Positions 12,340 through 32,678 of a DNA stretch of 64,000 nucleotides are shown here, in pieces. This DNA comes from Octopus vulgaris (taxonomy: Eukaryota). Where the stretch lies: contig OX597817.1 in the NCBI GenBank assembly GCA_951406725.2, positions 70,308,001-70,372,000 on the forward strand, read 5' to 3'. The notes under the pieces are model-generated. The model made no database searches and was not told where the DNA came from. It saw nothing but the letters and a program-made list of their open reading frames with translations. Made by a program: the position numbers and the translations under genes. Position 1 is the stretch's first letter. Every line of letters starts with the position of its first letter.

Positions 12340-12590
12340 CAGTATTTGTTGCTGTTGTTGATTGACCCTAGTCAGCCCTGATAGAGCAGACTATTTATGA
12401 TCAAAGGTGTTTTAGCTGAAACAAACCCGTCGTTTTTATCAATTTTTTTTTTCCATGCATGATGTAGCAAGAGTAATATTATCCTATGCGTCCTTCCTGT
12501 TATATTTTACGACGCTACAGTGCGATCTGAGGATAATTTGGCAGTTATTTCTAGCAAGGCAAACGTATAAGGAGATGTTCCCCCCATTAG
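12340..12590 (+). repeat. Representative copy of an abundant ~200-250 bp unclassified interspersed repeat (tagccccaggtcagccctgatcgagcagacctatgatcaaagg...tttggctgctatttctagcagg)
   Basis: About 25 degenerate copies by eye, e.g. 4645-4855, 12060-12220, 18030-18225, 34430-34650, 39640-39870, 40740-41020 (+) and 17270-17470, 38355-38520, 41900-42090, 56305-56890 (-). Confidence 0.7.
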
Positions 12591-13113
12591 CTTCTAATTC
12601 CTGGAGTTCTTTTATCCAGCTATTTATAGGTTTACGAATTCAACAACTGTACGTACCGTTTGATGTGGCGAAGGCCTGTCAATCTATCTGTCTGTTCAGT
12701 AAACACACATTAAACCAGCTGACTAACCTAGTCAACCAAGGATACGGTTGAGCGTTGGAGCATGTCCATATCTTGACCAGAGCATTCCAAATCGCGATGT
12801 GGTGACGTGAGGCGAAACTGAACACAGATTGGTTAGAACGTTACAAAACACATGTGCACACAAAAACATGTAAACATGTGAGTTATCTCCCCTGAATACA
12901 CTTCCCACTTGAACATTAAAATACTACGTATGTTCACAAGTTTATGAACGTAATGTATGTATGCTTACACGTATATATGCACATACATATACGCACACAT
13001 ATATATTTTTTTCTATACGTGTGCGTGAGTATATGGGTATGTGTGTATACACACATACGCACATGCATTAAAATATATTATATACATACATATATACACA
13101 CACACGCGCGCTT

Positions 13114-13161
<48 letters not shown>

Positions 13162-13187
13162 GTATCGAACTCAAGTGATGTTATGTG

Positions 13188-13231
<44 letters not shown>

Positions 13232-13247
13232 TTTATATATGTGTGTG

Positions 13248-13302
<55 letters not shown>

Positions 13303-13770
13303 CGATTTGAAAACTCCACTAGAATGGGAGAAAGCGCTAATACACGATCTAAGTTATATGATGTATAAAAACATATAAAAATATATCTGTAAATATAAAA
13401 CCATCCGAATTTCTGAGTACCTCATGTCTTCTAATATAAAATATCTGTACATCATCTCCAAACCTTCCAATATATATATATTAAAGGAGCATTCCGTCGG
13501 TTACGACGACGAGGGTCCTACCTGATACGATCAACGGAACAGCTTGCTCATGCAATTAACGTGCAAGTGACTGAGCACTCCACAGACACGTGTGCCTTTA
13601 ACGAAGTTCTCAGGGAGAATGAGCGTGACACAGGAGTGTGACAAGGCTGGCCCTTTGAAATACAGGTACTATTCATTTTTGCGAGCTGAGTGGAATGGAA
13701 CAATAAGAAATAAAGTGCCTTGCTCAGGGACCTTAAGATCGTGTGCCAAATGCCCTAACCACTAAGCCAC

Positions 13771-13848
13771 TAATGCTATGATGGACCGTGAAGTCTGGCG
13801 TAGCCTGGTAAATTCCATTCTCTCGACCACGGCCGAACAATGATGATG
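13771..13848 (+). mobile_element. 78-bp 5'-truncated RTE-like LINE 3' end inserted in a SINE
   Basis: TSD ACTAAGCCAC at 13761-13770 and 13849-13858; encodes NAMMDREVWRSLVNSILSTTAEQ* followed by a (TGA)n tail. Confidence 0.75.
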
Positions 13849-14004
13849 ACTAAGCCACGCGCCTTCACAAACACAGACATATATGTATGTGTGTGCATAT
13901 ATATACATATATAAAGTTTATACATATATATGTGCGCACATATATGAATAATAAGGGTGGCTTGTTAGCAAATCTTCAACTGAAAGGCAAATATGTAAAT
14001 ATAT

Positions 14005-16630
<2,626 letters not shown>

Positions 16631-16636
16631 CATGTA

Positions 16637-16845
16637 TTCTTTTATTCTCTTACTTGTTTCAGTCATTTGACTGCGGCCATGGTGGGTCACCGCCTTTAGT
16701 CGAATCAAATCTACCCCAGGACTTATTCTTTGTAAGCCTAGTACTTATTCTATCAGTCTCTTTTGCCGAACTGCTAAGTTACAGGGACCTAAACATACCA
16801 GCATCAGTTGTCAAGCGATGCTGGGGGAACAAACACAGATACACA
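16637..16845 (-). mobile_element. SINE 3' half (gactgaaacaagtaa tail family)
   Basis: Matches the 3' half of full copies at 24490-24886 and 36635-37028. Confidence 0.75.
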
Positions 16846-16984
16846 ACATATATATATATATGCATATATATATATATATATATATATACATAGAGATATA
16901 TAAGCATATATACATATATATGTGCATATATATATATATATATATGCATATACATACAGATATATAAGCATATATACATATATA

Positions 16985-17036
<52 letters not shown>

Positions 17037-17071
17037 CCTTTCGGTTGAAAAATTTCTAATAAGCCAATGCA

Positions 17072-17117
<46 letters not shown>

Positions 17118-17702
17118 CACAAACACACAGAGTCTCATTTTTATATCAGAAGAAGGGGTGTGGCAGTGATAGTAAACTTTGAAAGCCCTCCTTAAATACT
17201 GTAGATGCTATTGCAGAAGGGACCTCCTTCACTTAAAACGGTGATATGGCAAGCCGATAGGGCAGGCTTTTCATGATATACTGACCAGCAAGAAACACCA
17301 AACATGTCTCTCTTGCATTGCAACGCCTACTTTCTTTAAAAAGAGGAAAACATTGGATAATATAAACCTAGATATACAACACCGGAACAAAAGGATGGGA
17401 TGGTTATGGCTGTAACTACTTTGATTGTAGGATTTTTGTAGCAGGGTTGAACGACGGTTGAACAAAAACATCAACATCAACAGAAAGACAGAGCAGCTTT
17501 GTTCAGCTGGGTTACCAAGGACATTAAACATGACAATCTCCCTGTTGTTAGAAGGCCAGCAAGTAAGGCCTGTTCTCTGGGAATAGGCCTTACTTCAGAT
17601 GAACTCCACACAAAACTAGGATCTCTGCAAATCAGCCAGCTGTAAGCCCAACCCACTCTTCATTTCCAGATATTTCCCATCATAATTAGCAGTAAAATTA
17701 AT

Positions 17703-17920
17703 GTGGTGAGCTGGCAGAATCATTACTGGCTCAGGATAAAATGCTTGACAGCGTTTCTTTTGTCTCTTTATATTCTGAGTTTATATTTCCTTGAAGTTTG
17801 ACTTGGCCTTTCATCCTTTTGAGGTAGATAAAAATAAGTACTAGTTGAAGAGGCAATGTAATTTGTTTAACCCCCTCCCAGCAAAATTTCAAGCCTTTTT
17901 CCTAAAGTAGAAAAGAATAT
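17703..17920 (+). mobile_element. tRNA-derived SINE (gtggtgagctggcagaatc family)
   Basis: Same family as 30745-30973, 35430-35635, 10805-10990 and 11170-11350. Confidence 0.7.
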
Positions 17921-18831
17921 TACCAGGAATATCCTTCAGAAAGTCATGACTGGAGCAAAATTATGATTCTCTCCCTCTTGAATGAGAATGGGAAGACTGT
18001 TTTATATCAAGCTAAATAATATTGCTACATGTTTAACTCAAAGTTAGCCCTGATCGAGCTAACCTACGATTAAAGGCTTACTGGCCATGATACTCCTGTC
18101 TTCAATTTTCTGACCACGGTGTACATTACCCAACATTTAAAATAATATGCTATCATTTGAGGAAGATTTCACTTCTACTTTTTCTCCCAGAAAAAATTAT
18201 ACAGAGAGCTCCCTCATTGGCTCAAGTTGAATTTTGTCTAAAATAGGCATATATATTAGACATCTGTATTTTGTTTGATGTTTAGGGCTTTACAGTATTT
18301 CTCTCTTATCTTAGAAGGTAGTGTTATTGTTGCTATTGTCATTTAGTTCTCAATCAACTCTGCTGAAACTAACTTTTTATGGAAGAATGTTTTTGATTAA
18401 AGGTACTTAGTTTTTAATAAGAGGAGCACCAGTTGTGACAACACTGCATTTTTTTTTTCTTAAAGAAAGTTGGGATTTGAATTGTAAGTGATTAAACTGA
18501 TGCCTTTTTTTCCACCCCCTAGGCAGCTAAGTGATAATGTAAAGAGATAGAGGGGTAGATTCCATTATTTGCTTTTGGTTATCAATAGATGCATCACAGC
18601 CATTGGAGGGATTTTTGATGATGTCATGCAAGCCATAATGAGAAAAAAGAGGGAGAAAGGGCCAGAAGTTTGGAAGGGGGAATCTTTACCTTTTTTCAAT
18701 TATAATATTAAAAAATCTAAACAAAAAATGAAATTTTTGTAATAAACCATGCAGTACCTCCCACTCCTAAAGAAAATCATTTATTTTTTTTTAGTAGGTA
18801 CATCATAAAACGTATAACAATAATAAAACAA

Positions 18832-19140
18832 AATTCTGTTTAGTCTACATTAAATCTCATATTCTGTTTAATTTAATTTTGTTTGATTAAACTGAATCAC
18901 TTTTTTTGGTTTAGTTTAGTCAACATTGAATATCTTATTCTGTTCAGTTAACACACAAGCTCTTATTCAATTTAGTTTAATTAATAAATATTAAATCTTA
19001 ACGTGATGTTAACACAGAATCTCTTATTCTATCTAGTTTAATTAACAACTTTAAAACAATTATTCTGTTTAGTTAACACAGAGTTTCTTCGTCTATGAGG
19101 TGTAAAACAACATTAAACCTCTTATTCTGTTAGTTAAGAA
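18832..19140. repeat. Degenerate ~28-30 bp minisatellite (tcttattctgtttagttaacacagaatc-like)
   Basis: ttattctgtt(t)agtt and ttaacacag recur roughly ten times. Confidence 0.6.
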
Positions 19141-19233
19141 TAAATATACACATAGTCTCCTTTCTTTCAAGTATTAAGCCGAAACAATATTGGTTAAAAC
19201 TTGTCCCACATGTGTAAGCCTTCTTGCATACAC

Positions 19234-23840
<4,607 letters not shown>

Positions 23841-24037
23841 AAATAAAGATTTTATTGCATATAACCGTATTCCTTATATATATATATATGTATGTATATG
23901 TATATATATATATACAAATATATAAATGTATATATATAGTTATTTATATATGTGAAGATATATATATAATCTGCATATGTGTATGTGAATATATATATGT
24001 ATATATAAATATATAACTGCATATATATATATATAAC

Positions 24038-24079
<42 letters not shown>

Positions 24080-24489
24080 GAATGTATGAACGTGTATATA
24101 TATGTTTGTGTGTACGTATACATATGTGTGTGTGAGTTTGTGTACATGAGTGTGTGTATGTATAAATATATTTACTTATTTCTTCTTAGAACTTTTAGAA
24201 TGGGAGATCAGGAAACCATGACGGTCCTGTAGTGGACACTCATCCTAAGTTGCTTTGATTATTGCTCCCAGCTATAGTCACCAACCAGTGTAAAACTAAT
24301 TGCAGATAAACGTATATGTGCATGTACATGCACAAATATGGAATGTATTGTATAAGAAAAATAGATATATGGACATAAATATATGAACTATATATACATA
24401 TTCACATGCACACATGTGCAAACATATATATCCTTACACACAAAAAAAACAAACAAATATATTGTATACATTAAATAAATACTTATATT

Positions 24490-24693
24490 ATTTTATTCTT
24501 TTACTTGTTTCAGTCATTTGACTATGGCCATGGTGGAGAACTACCTCCAGTCAAACATATCAACCCCAGGATTTATTTCCTGCAAGCGCAGTATCTATTC
24601 TATCAGACTTCTTTGCTGAATTGCTAAGTTATGGGGACATAAACATGCCAACATCAGTTGTGAAGTGATGGTGGGGTGCAAACACAGACACAC

Positions 24694-24747
<54 letters not shown>

Positions 24748-24886
24748 ATGGGTTTCTTTCAGTTTCTGTCTATCAAATCCACTCACAAGGCCTTGGTCGG
24801 CCTGAGGCTATAGTAGAAGACATTTGCCCAAGGTGCCACGCAGTGGGACTGAACCTGGAATCATTTGTTGGAGAAGCAAGCTTCTT
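24490..24886 (-). mobile_element. tRNA-derived SINE with internal microsatellite
   Basis: Minus strand: caggttcagtcccactgcgtggcaccttgggcaaatgtcttctactatagcc...gactgaaacaagtaaaagaataaa. Confidence 0.85.
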
Positions 24887-24959
24887 GTATAAATAAAATA
24901 TGTATTATATACGTTACATATATACTTATATGCACAAATATAATATGTATTATATATAT

Positions 24960-25130
24960 ATAAGGAGAGTTTACGAAAAAAACGAAAGACGAAGACAGGT
25001 GGTGTCCAAAACAAACAGATGCATTTAGTATAACACTAAGGAATAGAAAAAGTATTTATGTTTCGAGCCTACACTCTTCTACAGAAAGGGACACAGAGAA
25101 AACAAGGAGAGAAAAAAATGTGTGTAGTGG
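24960..25130 (-). mobile_element. Penelope-like pLTR fragment with hammerhead-like motif (25053-25088)
   Basis: Homologous to 46170-46365; cttt-CTGTAGA-A-GAGT[gtag]GCTC-GAAA-CATA; abuts (TA)n. Confidence 0.55.
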
Positions 25131-25131
25131 C

Positions 25132-25455
25132 TGGATGTGCAATGGCCCAGTGATTAGGGCAGCAGACTCGCGGTCGGAGAATCACGGTTTCAATTCCCAA
25201 ACCAGGCGTTTTGTGTGTTTAATGAGTGGAAACACCTAAAGCCCCACAACGCTCTGGCAGGGGGTGGTGGCGAACCCTGTTGTACTCATTCACCCCAGCT
25301 TTCTCTCTCTCTTTCTTCTTGTTTCTTGAGTAATACTGCAATGGACTGGTGTCCCGTCCAGCTGGGGGGAACTCATACACCATAGAAACCAGGAAACCAG
25401 GCCCATGAGCCTGGCTAGGCTTCAAAAGGGCATATGAATAAATAAATAAATAAAT
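25132..25455 (+). mobile_element. tRNA-derived SINE
   Basis: tggcccagtgattagg A box, ggtttcaattccc B box and (aaat)n tail. Tail shared with 1488-1745; head related to 59150-59510 (-). Confidence 0.8.
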
Positions 25456-25816
25456 ATATATATATATATGTCTTTTGTAATTTATATTTTACCTGTTTCA
25501 GGTAGACTACAGCCATGGTAGGGCACTGCATTGAGGAATTTTAGTCAAATGAATCAACTCCAAGACTTGCTTCTTTTTAAGACTGGTACTTATTCTACTG
25601 GTCTCTTTCACCAAATTGTTAAATTACAGGGATGTAAACCCACAAACATCAGTAATCAAGCAGTAGTGACACAAACACATACTTCTTTCTGTTCCCATCT
25701 ATCGAATCCACTGCAAAGGCTTTGGTTCACAGGGCTATAGTACAAGGCAATTCCTCAGGGTGTCATGGGACTGAACCTTGAACTATGCGGTTGGGGAGCA
25801 AACTTCTTACCACACA

Positions 25817-25858
<42 letters not shown>

Positions 25859-26011
25859 TATGGAGGTTATGAGAGGTAATGATGCCAGTAAGACCCAAAG
25901 GTGTCAGGTAATGCTGAGTAAGTGCTATGGATAGATCATAGTTAAGCTCTATTTATAAATGTTCTAAAATATACGCACCCTTGGTTTTTTTATCTCATTC
26001 TGAAAATAAAT

Positions 26012-26047
<36 letters not shown>

Positions 26048-26095
26048 CACACATACACACAGAGATATAAATGTAATATGCGTTATATGCATATA

Positions 26096-26143
<48 letters not shown>

Positions 26144-27352
26144 CACATCAGTGTAATATGCATTATGTACATTACACACACATATATATTTTAAGTGAAA
26201 ATATATAATTATATATAGATATGCATAACATATATATATATATATATACACACACACATATATATATATGTATGTGTGTGTGTATATATATATTTATACA
26301 CACATATACTTACATACATACACATGTATTTACTCAAGCGCACATACATGTAGACACGTCAACTAAATGCAAAACTAATTCGAAAAGCATATATTTTAAA
26401 AACACACACATATTGAAAAGTTGCTAATTTCTTCAAAAAGGGCAAAGTCATCAAAACTACAGACTTTGATCTTCAAACGACAACAGCAGTAATCCAATAG
26501 GAAAGCAAAGAAGGTAACAGGAGAGTGAAGGAGAGAGAGGCACATAGAGGGAAGAATGCGAGTTCGCACACGCATGCGTGTGTGCATGCACATGTATTAT
26601 GTTTTGCTTGAGGTCTTTTCTCCCTTTGGGTATGGAAAATGGTCTATAATGAAACAAACACCATCATATGTGTATGTACATAAATATATGTTCATAATAT
26701 ACATATATATATACATATAAATTTGGCATGGGCAATTCTTTCTTGTGTATATATATATATATATATAGATATATATATCGCTTGACAACTGATGTTGGTG
26801 TGTTTACATCCCCATCACATAGCGGTCTGGCCAAAATGACCGATAGAATAAGTACTAGGCTGACAAAGAATAGGTCCTGGGGGTTGATTTCTTAGACTAA
26901 AAACAACATGGCCACAGTCAAATGACTGAAACAAGCAAGAAAATAAAAGAATATATATATATATATATATATATATATCATCATCATCATCATCATCATC
27001 GTTTAACGTCCGCTTTCCATAACACACATACATATATATAGCCGTTTAATGTTCACTATCAGAAAAAGAAGAGTACTTAATATCATAGTGGAGATTAATA
27101 ATATATTTCATTTTATTTGAAACGGTCTCTTGCTAATCTGAGTTTCAGCAATGTGTACACAGGATCAGCAGGCAAGTTATAGCTCATCTGAAGAGGTGAG
27201 ACTTATATACATACTACATAAATAGATATGTGTGTGGGTATGGGTATATACTTTATAGTATATAAACAAAAAAGTATATTCAAAAAGTATATAAAAAAGT
27301 ATATGAAAAAAGTATATCAACAAAAAAAGTACTCCATCCATATATCGATTTA

Positions 27353-27574
27353 AATACACAACCAAAAGAGCTACTTATAGTTTCATGCTATTATGATACT
27401 TGAGCAGGCATATTTATAAAATATACCATGTATCTTAAAACAAACTTTCAGGCATAAATCATGCATAAACAGAGCCTGAAAGATGGCTTTAAGATACATG
27501 GTGTATTTTATAAATATGCCTGTTCAAGTATCATAATAGCATGAAACTATTAGTATCTCTTTTAGTTATGTATT
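27353..27574. repeat. ~100-bp inverted repeat, probably a Penelope-like remnant
   Basis: Arms 27353-27453 and 27474-27574. Confidence 0.75.
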
Positions 27575-27976
27575 GATATATATATATACATATATATATA
27601 TATACATATGTGTGTGTGTGTGTGTGTATCTTATATATATTATATCATCATCGTCATTTGAAGTCCATCTTCCATGCATAGGTAATATATATATATACAC
27701 ACACACTCTAACATACATACATAGAGATGTGTGTTCATGTATATATGTATATACCCCAACACATACATACATAAATACATAAATAATTTGTATGTAAACA
27801 TTCAAATAATATATACTTATATATGTCTGTGTGTGCATGTGTGAGCAACAATAGCTTACAACTATAATGTGTAAATATCTCAACAAATGAAAGGATATTA
27901 CAAATAATAAAAGGTATATGTGGGTGTGTGTATATATAGGTTGATAGATAGATATATAGATAGATAAATAAATAGA

Positions 27977-28007
<31 letters not shown>

Positions 28008-28292
28008 AAACATACAAGTATCTATTTAAGTGTAGGTATTTATATATATATATATATATATCATCTGTGAACATTAATAAAAAAAAAAAGTACCCTTTAA
28101 GTTATAGAGCAGTATATATTAAAGTTAGATAAGGCCAATTTATGGGATTACCTTAAGAAATCTAAAGCCAGGCCCTTTATGGACATAATTCCATAAACCA
28201 GCCTTATCTAACTTTCATATGTTTATACATATGTATGTACATATATATGTATATCAGCATTATATGTATATATGTGTGAGTGTGTATATATA

Positions 28293-28510
28293 TGTCATCA
28301 TCATCGTTCAACGTCCGTTTTCCATGCTGGCATGGGCTGGACGGTTTGCCCAGGGTCTGGGAAGCCAGGAGGCTCTGATTTGGCAGTGTTTCTACAGCTG
28401 GATACCCTTCCTAACAAAAAACCACTCCGTGAGTGGGTACTTTTTACATGCCAGGCAAGGCTGGCAACGACCACGATCGGTAGGTGCTTTTTACGTGCCG
28501 CCGGCACATA
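28293..28510 (-). mobile_element. Retroelement 3' end with (GAT)n tail (ggacgttaaacgatgatgat family)
   Basis: Same family at 8905-9210, 42740-42895, 44960-45245 and 61935-62360. Confidence 0.7.
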
Positions 28511-28818
28511 TACATACATATATATATATATATAGACATATATACATATGTATATATATGTCTATATATATATATATACAAAGTAATGGGGTTTAGCTCA
28601 CAGGCAATCTAAATGAAAAGCTATGCTATAACAGATTACTAGGACTCCAAGGTTATAGTCGGAATGGTAGTTATGGAGCTATTGTAGATTTCCTATAAAG
28701 CAGATATATAATTGTAAAAGAGTGAACAAATGTTAAGGCAAGACAAACATCTCAAGTCATATATGGTTTTATTATTGGAAAAATTATATATATATATATT
28801 TACATATATGTATATATG

Positions 28819-28896
<78 letters not shown>

Positions 28897-28966
28897 CACA
28901 CATATATGTGTGTGGACGTGTGTATTAATGTTTGTTTTTATGTTAAATTATAACGAACAACAATTT

Positions 28967-29019
<53 letters not shown>

Positions 29020-29030
<11 letters not shown>

Positions 29031-29412
29031 ATGAAGTTGTCTGTGTATAGCAGGTTTGGTAGCCTTCAACTAACACTATCTCCTCCGAGACCCTACGGCA
29101 CAAGTTGACCAAAATTGAGAGTATGATAGAAGAAGGCTTGCTCTTTATTCCGTACAAGATAAAATTCAAATCGGACCATGTTAAAACCCAAAATTATTTA
29201 CACCAAAAAGGTGCTTTTTTTCTATGAAAATCTCTATTTTTCACGATTTTTTTTACTGCTGTGTCGCCATTTTTCAGTGTATTTCAACCAGAAAAATGTT
29301 CACTTAAAGAGAATAACAAGCTACATAATGCAAAATTTCTACTTTTCAAAAATTCCAATTCTAAAGGGTCAAAAAGAAAACAAACCCGACCAAGGCTGGG
29401 TGATACTGCTAG
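29020..29412 (+). mobile_element. Non-autonomous Helitron
   Basis: 5' (TA)nAAGATGAAGTTGTCTGTG; 3' imperfect hairpin ACCCGACCAAGGCTGGGT (29384-29401) then CTAG (29409-29412) followed by T. Confidence 0.75.
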
Positions 29413-29473
<61 letters not shown>

Positions 29474-29666
29474 ATATATATATATATATATACATAGGTA
29501 TACAAACACATACATAGAGACAGATATAGATATGTATATCTGTATATATACATCAATCAATATACATATCCATATATATATATAAATATATACACACAGA
29601 CATATATATATATATATATATACACACAGACACACACATAATAAAAAATATGTATATATACATATA

Positions 29667-29708
<42 letters not shown>

Positions 29709-30272
29709 GATGTACATACATGAATGTACATAAATATATATGCATATATACATACATACACATTTATATACTTACATATAAATGTATATACACACACATA
29801 TATAAATAGAGAGATAGACAGATAGATAGATAGATTGACAGACAGACAGATATAGATACATATACAGGTGTGTGTATGGTGTGAACTTGGCAGTGTGGTT
29901 GAGAAGAGTACTTTTGAATGACATGATTTCAGGTTCAGTTCCAATGTATTATGATACCTTGGACAAGAGTTTTCTTCTTTAGCTCCAGACCAAAACGTAG
30001 TAAGTGGATTTGGTAGATGGCAACTGAAGAAACTTTTGTGTGCATGTGTGTGTGTGTGTGTGTGTGTGAGAGTGTGCATGTGCGTGTGTGTTATTTAAAA
30101 CAGCTTGATTTGGTTCTGTGCTACTTTAAGTTTTGCAGGCCCCTAATGAGAGCCTAACTCCTTTAGAAAAGGTTCCCGTTCGGGGCCTGTGAAACTTGAA
30201 AAGGCACGGAGCAAGATGAAACTGTTTTAAATAATACATGTAATTTGTACTAAATATTTTGGGTACCCTTTC

Positions 30273-30318
<46 letters not shown>

Positions 30319-30744
30319 ATCCATTGTAGTGTAAAATGCTTTGTTCTCTGAATTGCATAGAAACAGATTTTAAGCACAACTTTTCATATTTTGCTAGTTT
30401 GAATGGGATGGGTTTTAACAAAATTGTTTTGATATTAAATGAATACACATACATACAGACAGACACACACATAATCAGAACAAAACTGTTATACAAACTG
30501 GATGGATGGCTCCTGTTCCTACTACTCCAACAGCGACTACTCTTAACTGCTCAACCATAAAGAGAGAGTGCAACAGCTGAGTCATTCAGCTAGGCAGGTA
30601 GATAGGTACATGCATAGAAATTGGTGGGGGCAAGCAAAATAAATAATACTCCTTCCAGATGGTCAGAACACACCCTATTTCTTAAGATTCAAATTTCAAA
30701 CAACTGCAGCCACCTCTCATGTCTGAAATTCTAACATTCAAGAT

Positions 30745-30973
30745 CTATTTCTTTACTACCCATAAGGGGCTAAACACAGAGGGGACAAACAAGGACAGAC
30801 AAACGGATTAAGTCGATTACATCGACTCCAGTGCATAACTGGTACTTAATTTATCGACCCCGAAAGGATGAAAGACAAAGTTGACCTCGGCAGAATTTGA
30901 ACTCAGAATGCAGCAGCAGACGAAATACAGCAAAGCATTTCGCCCGGCGTGCTAACGTTTCTGCCAGCTCGCC
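30745..30973 (-). mobile_element. Young tRNA-derived SINE
   Basis: Minus strand: ggcgagctggcagaaacgttagcacgccgggcgaaatgc...gagttcaaattc...gtcgataaattaagtaccag; CpGs retained. Confidence 0.85.
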
Positions 30974-31304
30974 AACACAAACAAAGGCAAACACAGGATA
31001 CTAGAGAAGCAAATCCTTACTATGAGGATGCCTACATGTATATACAAGGATACAAATAAAGATACACAGGCCTATATTTAATGCATACATAGGTGCAAGC
31101 ATATCTCCCAACGATGTTGTCTTGGGTTCAGTCCCACCACATGGCACTTTAGGCAAGTGTCTTCTACTATAGTCCTGGGCTGACCAAAGCATTGTGAGTG
31201 AATTCAGTAGATAGAAACTGAAAGAAGCCCAGCATGTGTGCGTGTGTGTGTGTGCATGCGTGCATGTGTGTTTCCCACCAATACTTGACAACCAGTGTTG
31301 TTTT

Positions 31305-31527
31305 GGACAAAAATTAAGTAAAACAAACAGAAAAATAATCCAGAATCCTTGTCCAGATCTATCTCAAAATCTAATCAGTTTGTGCCACTCACAAGGCTAA
31401 ACATCCCTGAAAGTTTCATCTGAATCCATCCAGCAGTTCTTGAGATACCTTGTCCAAGGACAAACAAACAAACAAACAAACACAACTGAAAACAATACCT
31501 CCACCTTCACTAAGGTGGAAGTAATAA
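31305..31527 (-). mobile_element. Helentron/HINE (DINE-1-like) non-autonomous element, 5' part
   Basis: Minus strand: TTATTACTTCCACCTT-agtg-AAGGTGGAGGTA terminal palindrome, (GTTT)n microsatellite and ggattcagatgaaactttcaggg core. Confidence 0.65.
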
Positions 31528-31644
31528 GTGGGTATGGGTGTGTGGTTAAAAGAAAAAAGTTCATAGGGTAAGTTAATGGATGGATAGGGATGGATTGAAT
31601 TACATTGGCTTTAAGACAGGCTTTTTTACATTGGCTAGAAGAAG

Positions 31645-31676
<32 letters not shown>

Positions 31677-32214
31677 GCAAGCTCTAATATCTAGTGGGTG
31701 AAAGGATGTTTAGCAAGCTAGCTTAGATCAGCATGCATGTACACATATACACACACACACTTTCTCTCGTACATGCACACACACAGAGGATGTTGGCCAC
31801 CCACCCATCCAGTTAATCCCAACTAACACTTTGGAATTCCTGAAGTAGATCCAAAGGAAACACACCCGACTGTGGATGACACCAGGTAGCCCAAACTGTG
31901 CCAGTGCTCTACTCAACACTTCAACACACTGACAAATACTCATTAGTCCAAAACTACTAAATACAAGCTGATCCCAAGCCATCAAAAATGACGGCTAATT
32001 GTAGTATCTACTATAATAAATATATATAGATGGTAAATCAAACTAATACACTTGTCAATGTTATCTAGTGGTTGTCTTTTGAGATATGCTATCAATCATT
32101 GTTTGTTACTGAAAGAATACAAGTTCACACATACAAACTCTCACATATTTCCCATGTACATACACACACATACTCACACAGAGTTGAAACACTGTTCAAT
32201 TTCTCTTTTCAGCA

Positions 32215-32284
<70 letters not shown>

Positions 32285-32678
32285 TTTGAAACATTTGAAA
32301 CCAGTTGAAAATATACTTAGTAATCTGATTTAGTGGTTAATGTTAAACCTTTAACCATGAAGTTTTACCTATACTTGATCTATGACAAATCTAATCTGTC
32401 ACAATTATACAAATAAATATTTTTCTATTCTGCCTAAAAATTGCATAATTCTAAACTCTAACCTATTACTCAAACAAACATTTTAAGAAATTCAAATATA
32501 TCTAAGAGGACTTTCAAGTAACACAAATGCTTACCTGATGTGGTCTATCAACCTAACAATTGCTTCTATGAATCTACTTTTGCAACCTGTTTCACAATCA
32601 TAGTCATCTGAACCCATACAATAACATATTAACAAACAATAATCCCTTATACTAAATATAATCAACTCAGCATTATTA

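Noticed and set aside
18832-19140. CRISPR-like spaced repeats
   Set aside because: Eukaryotic context, degenerate adjacent units, no unique constant-length spacers and no cas genes.
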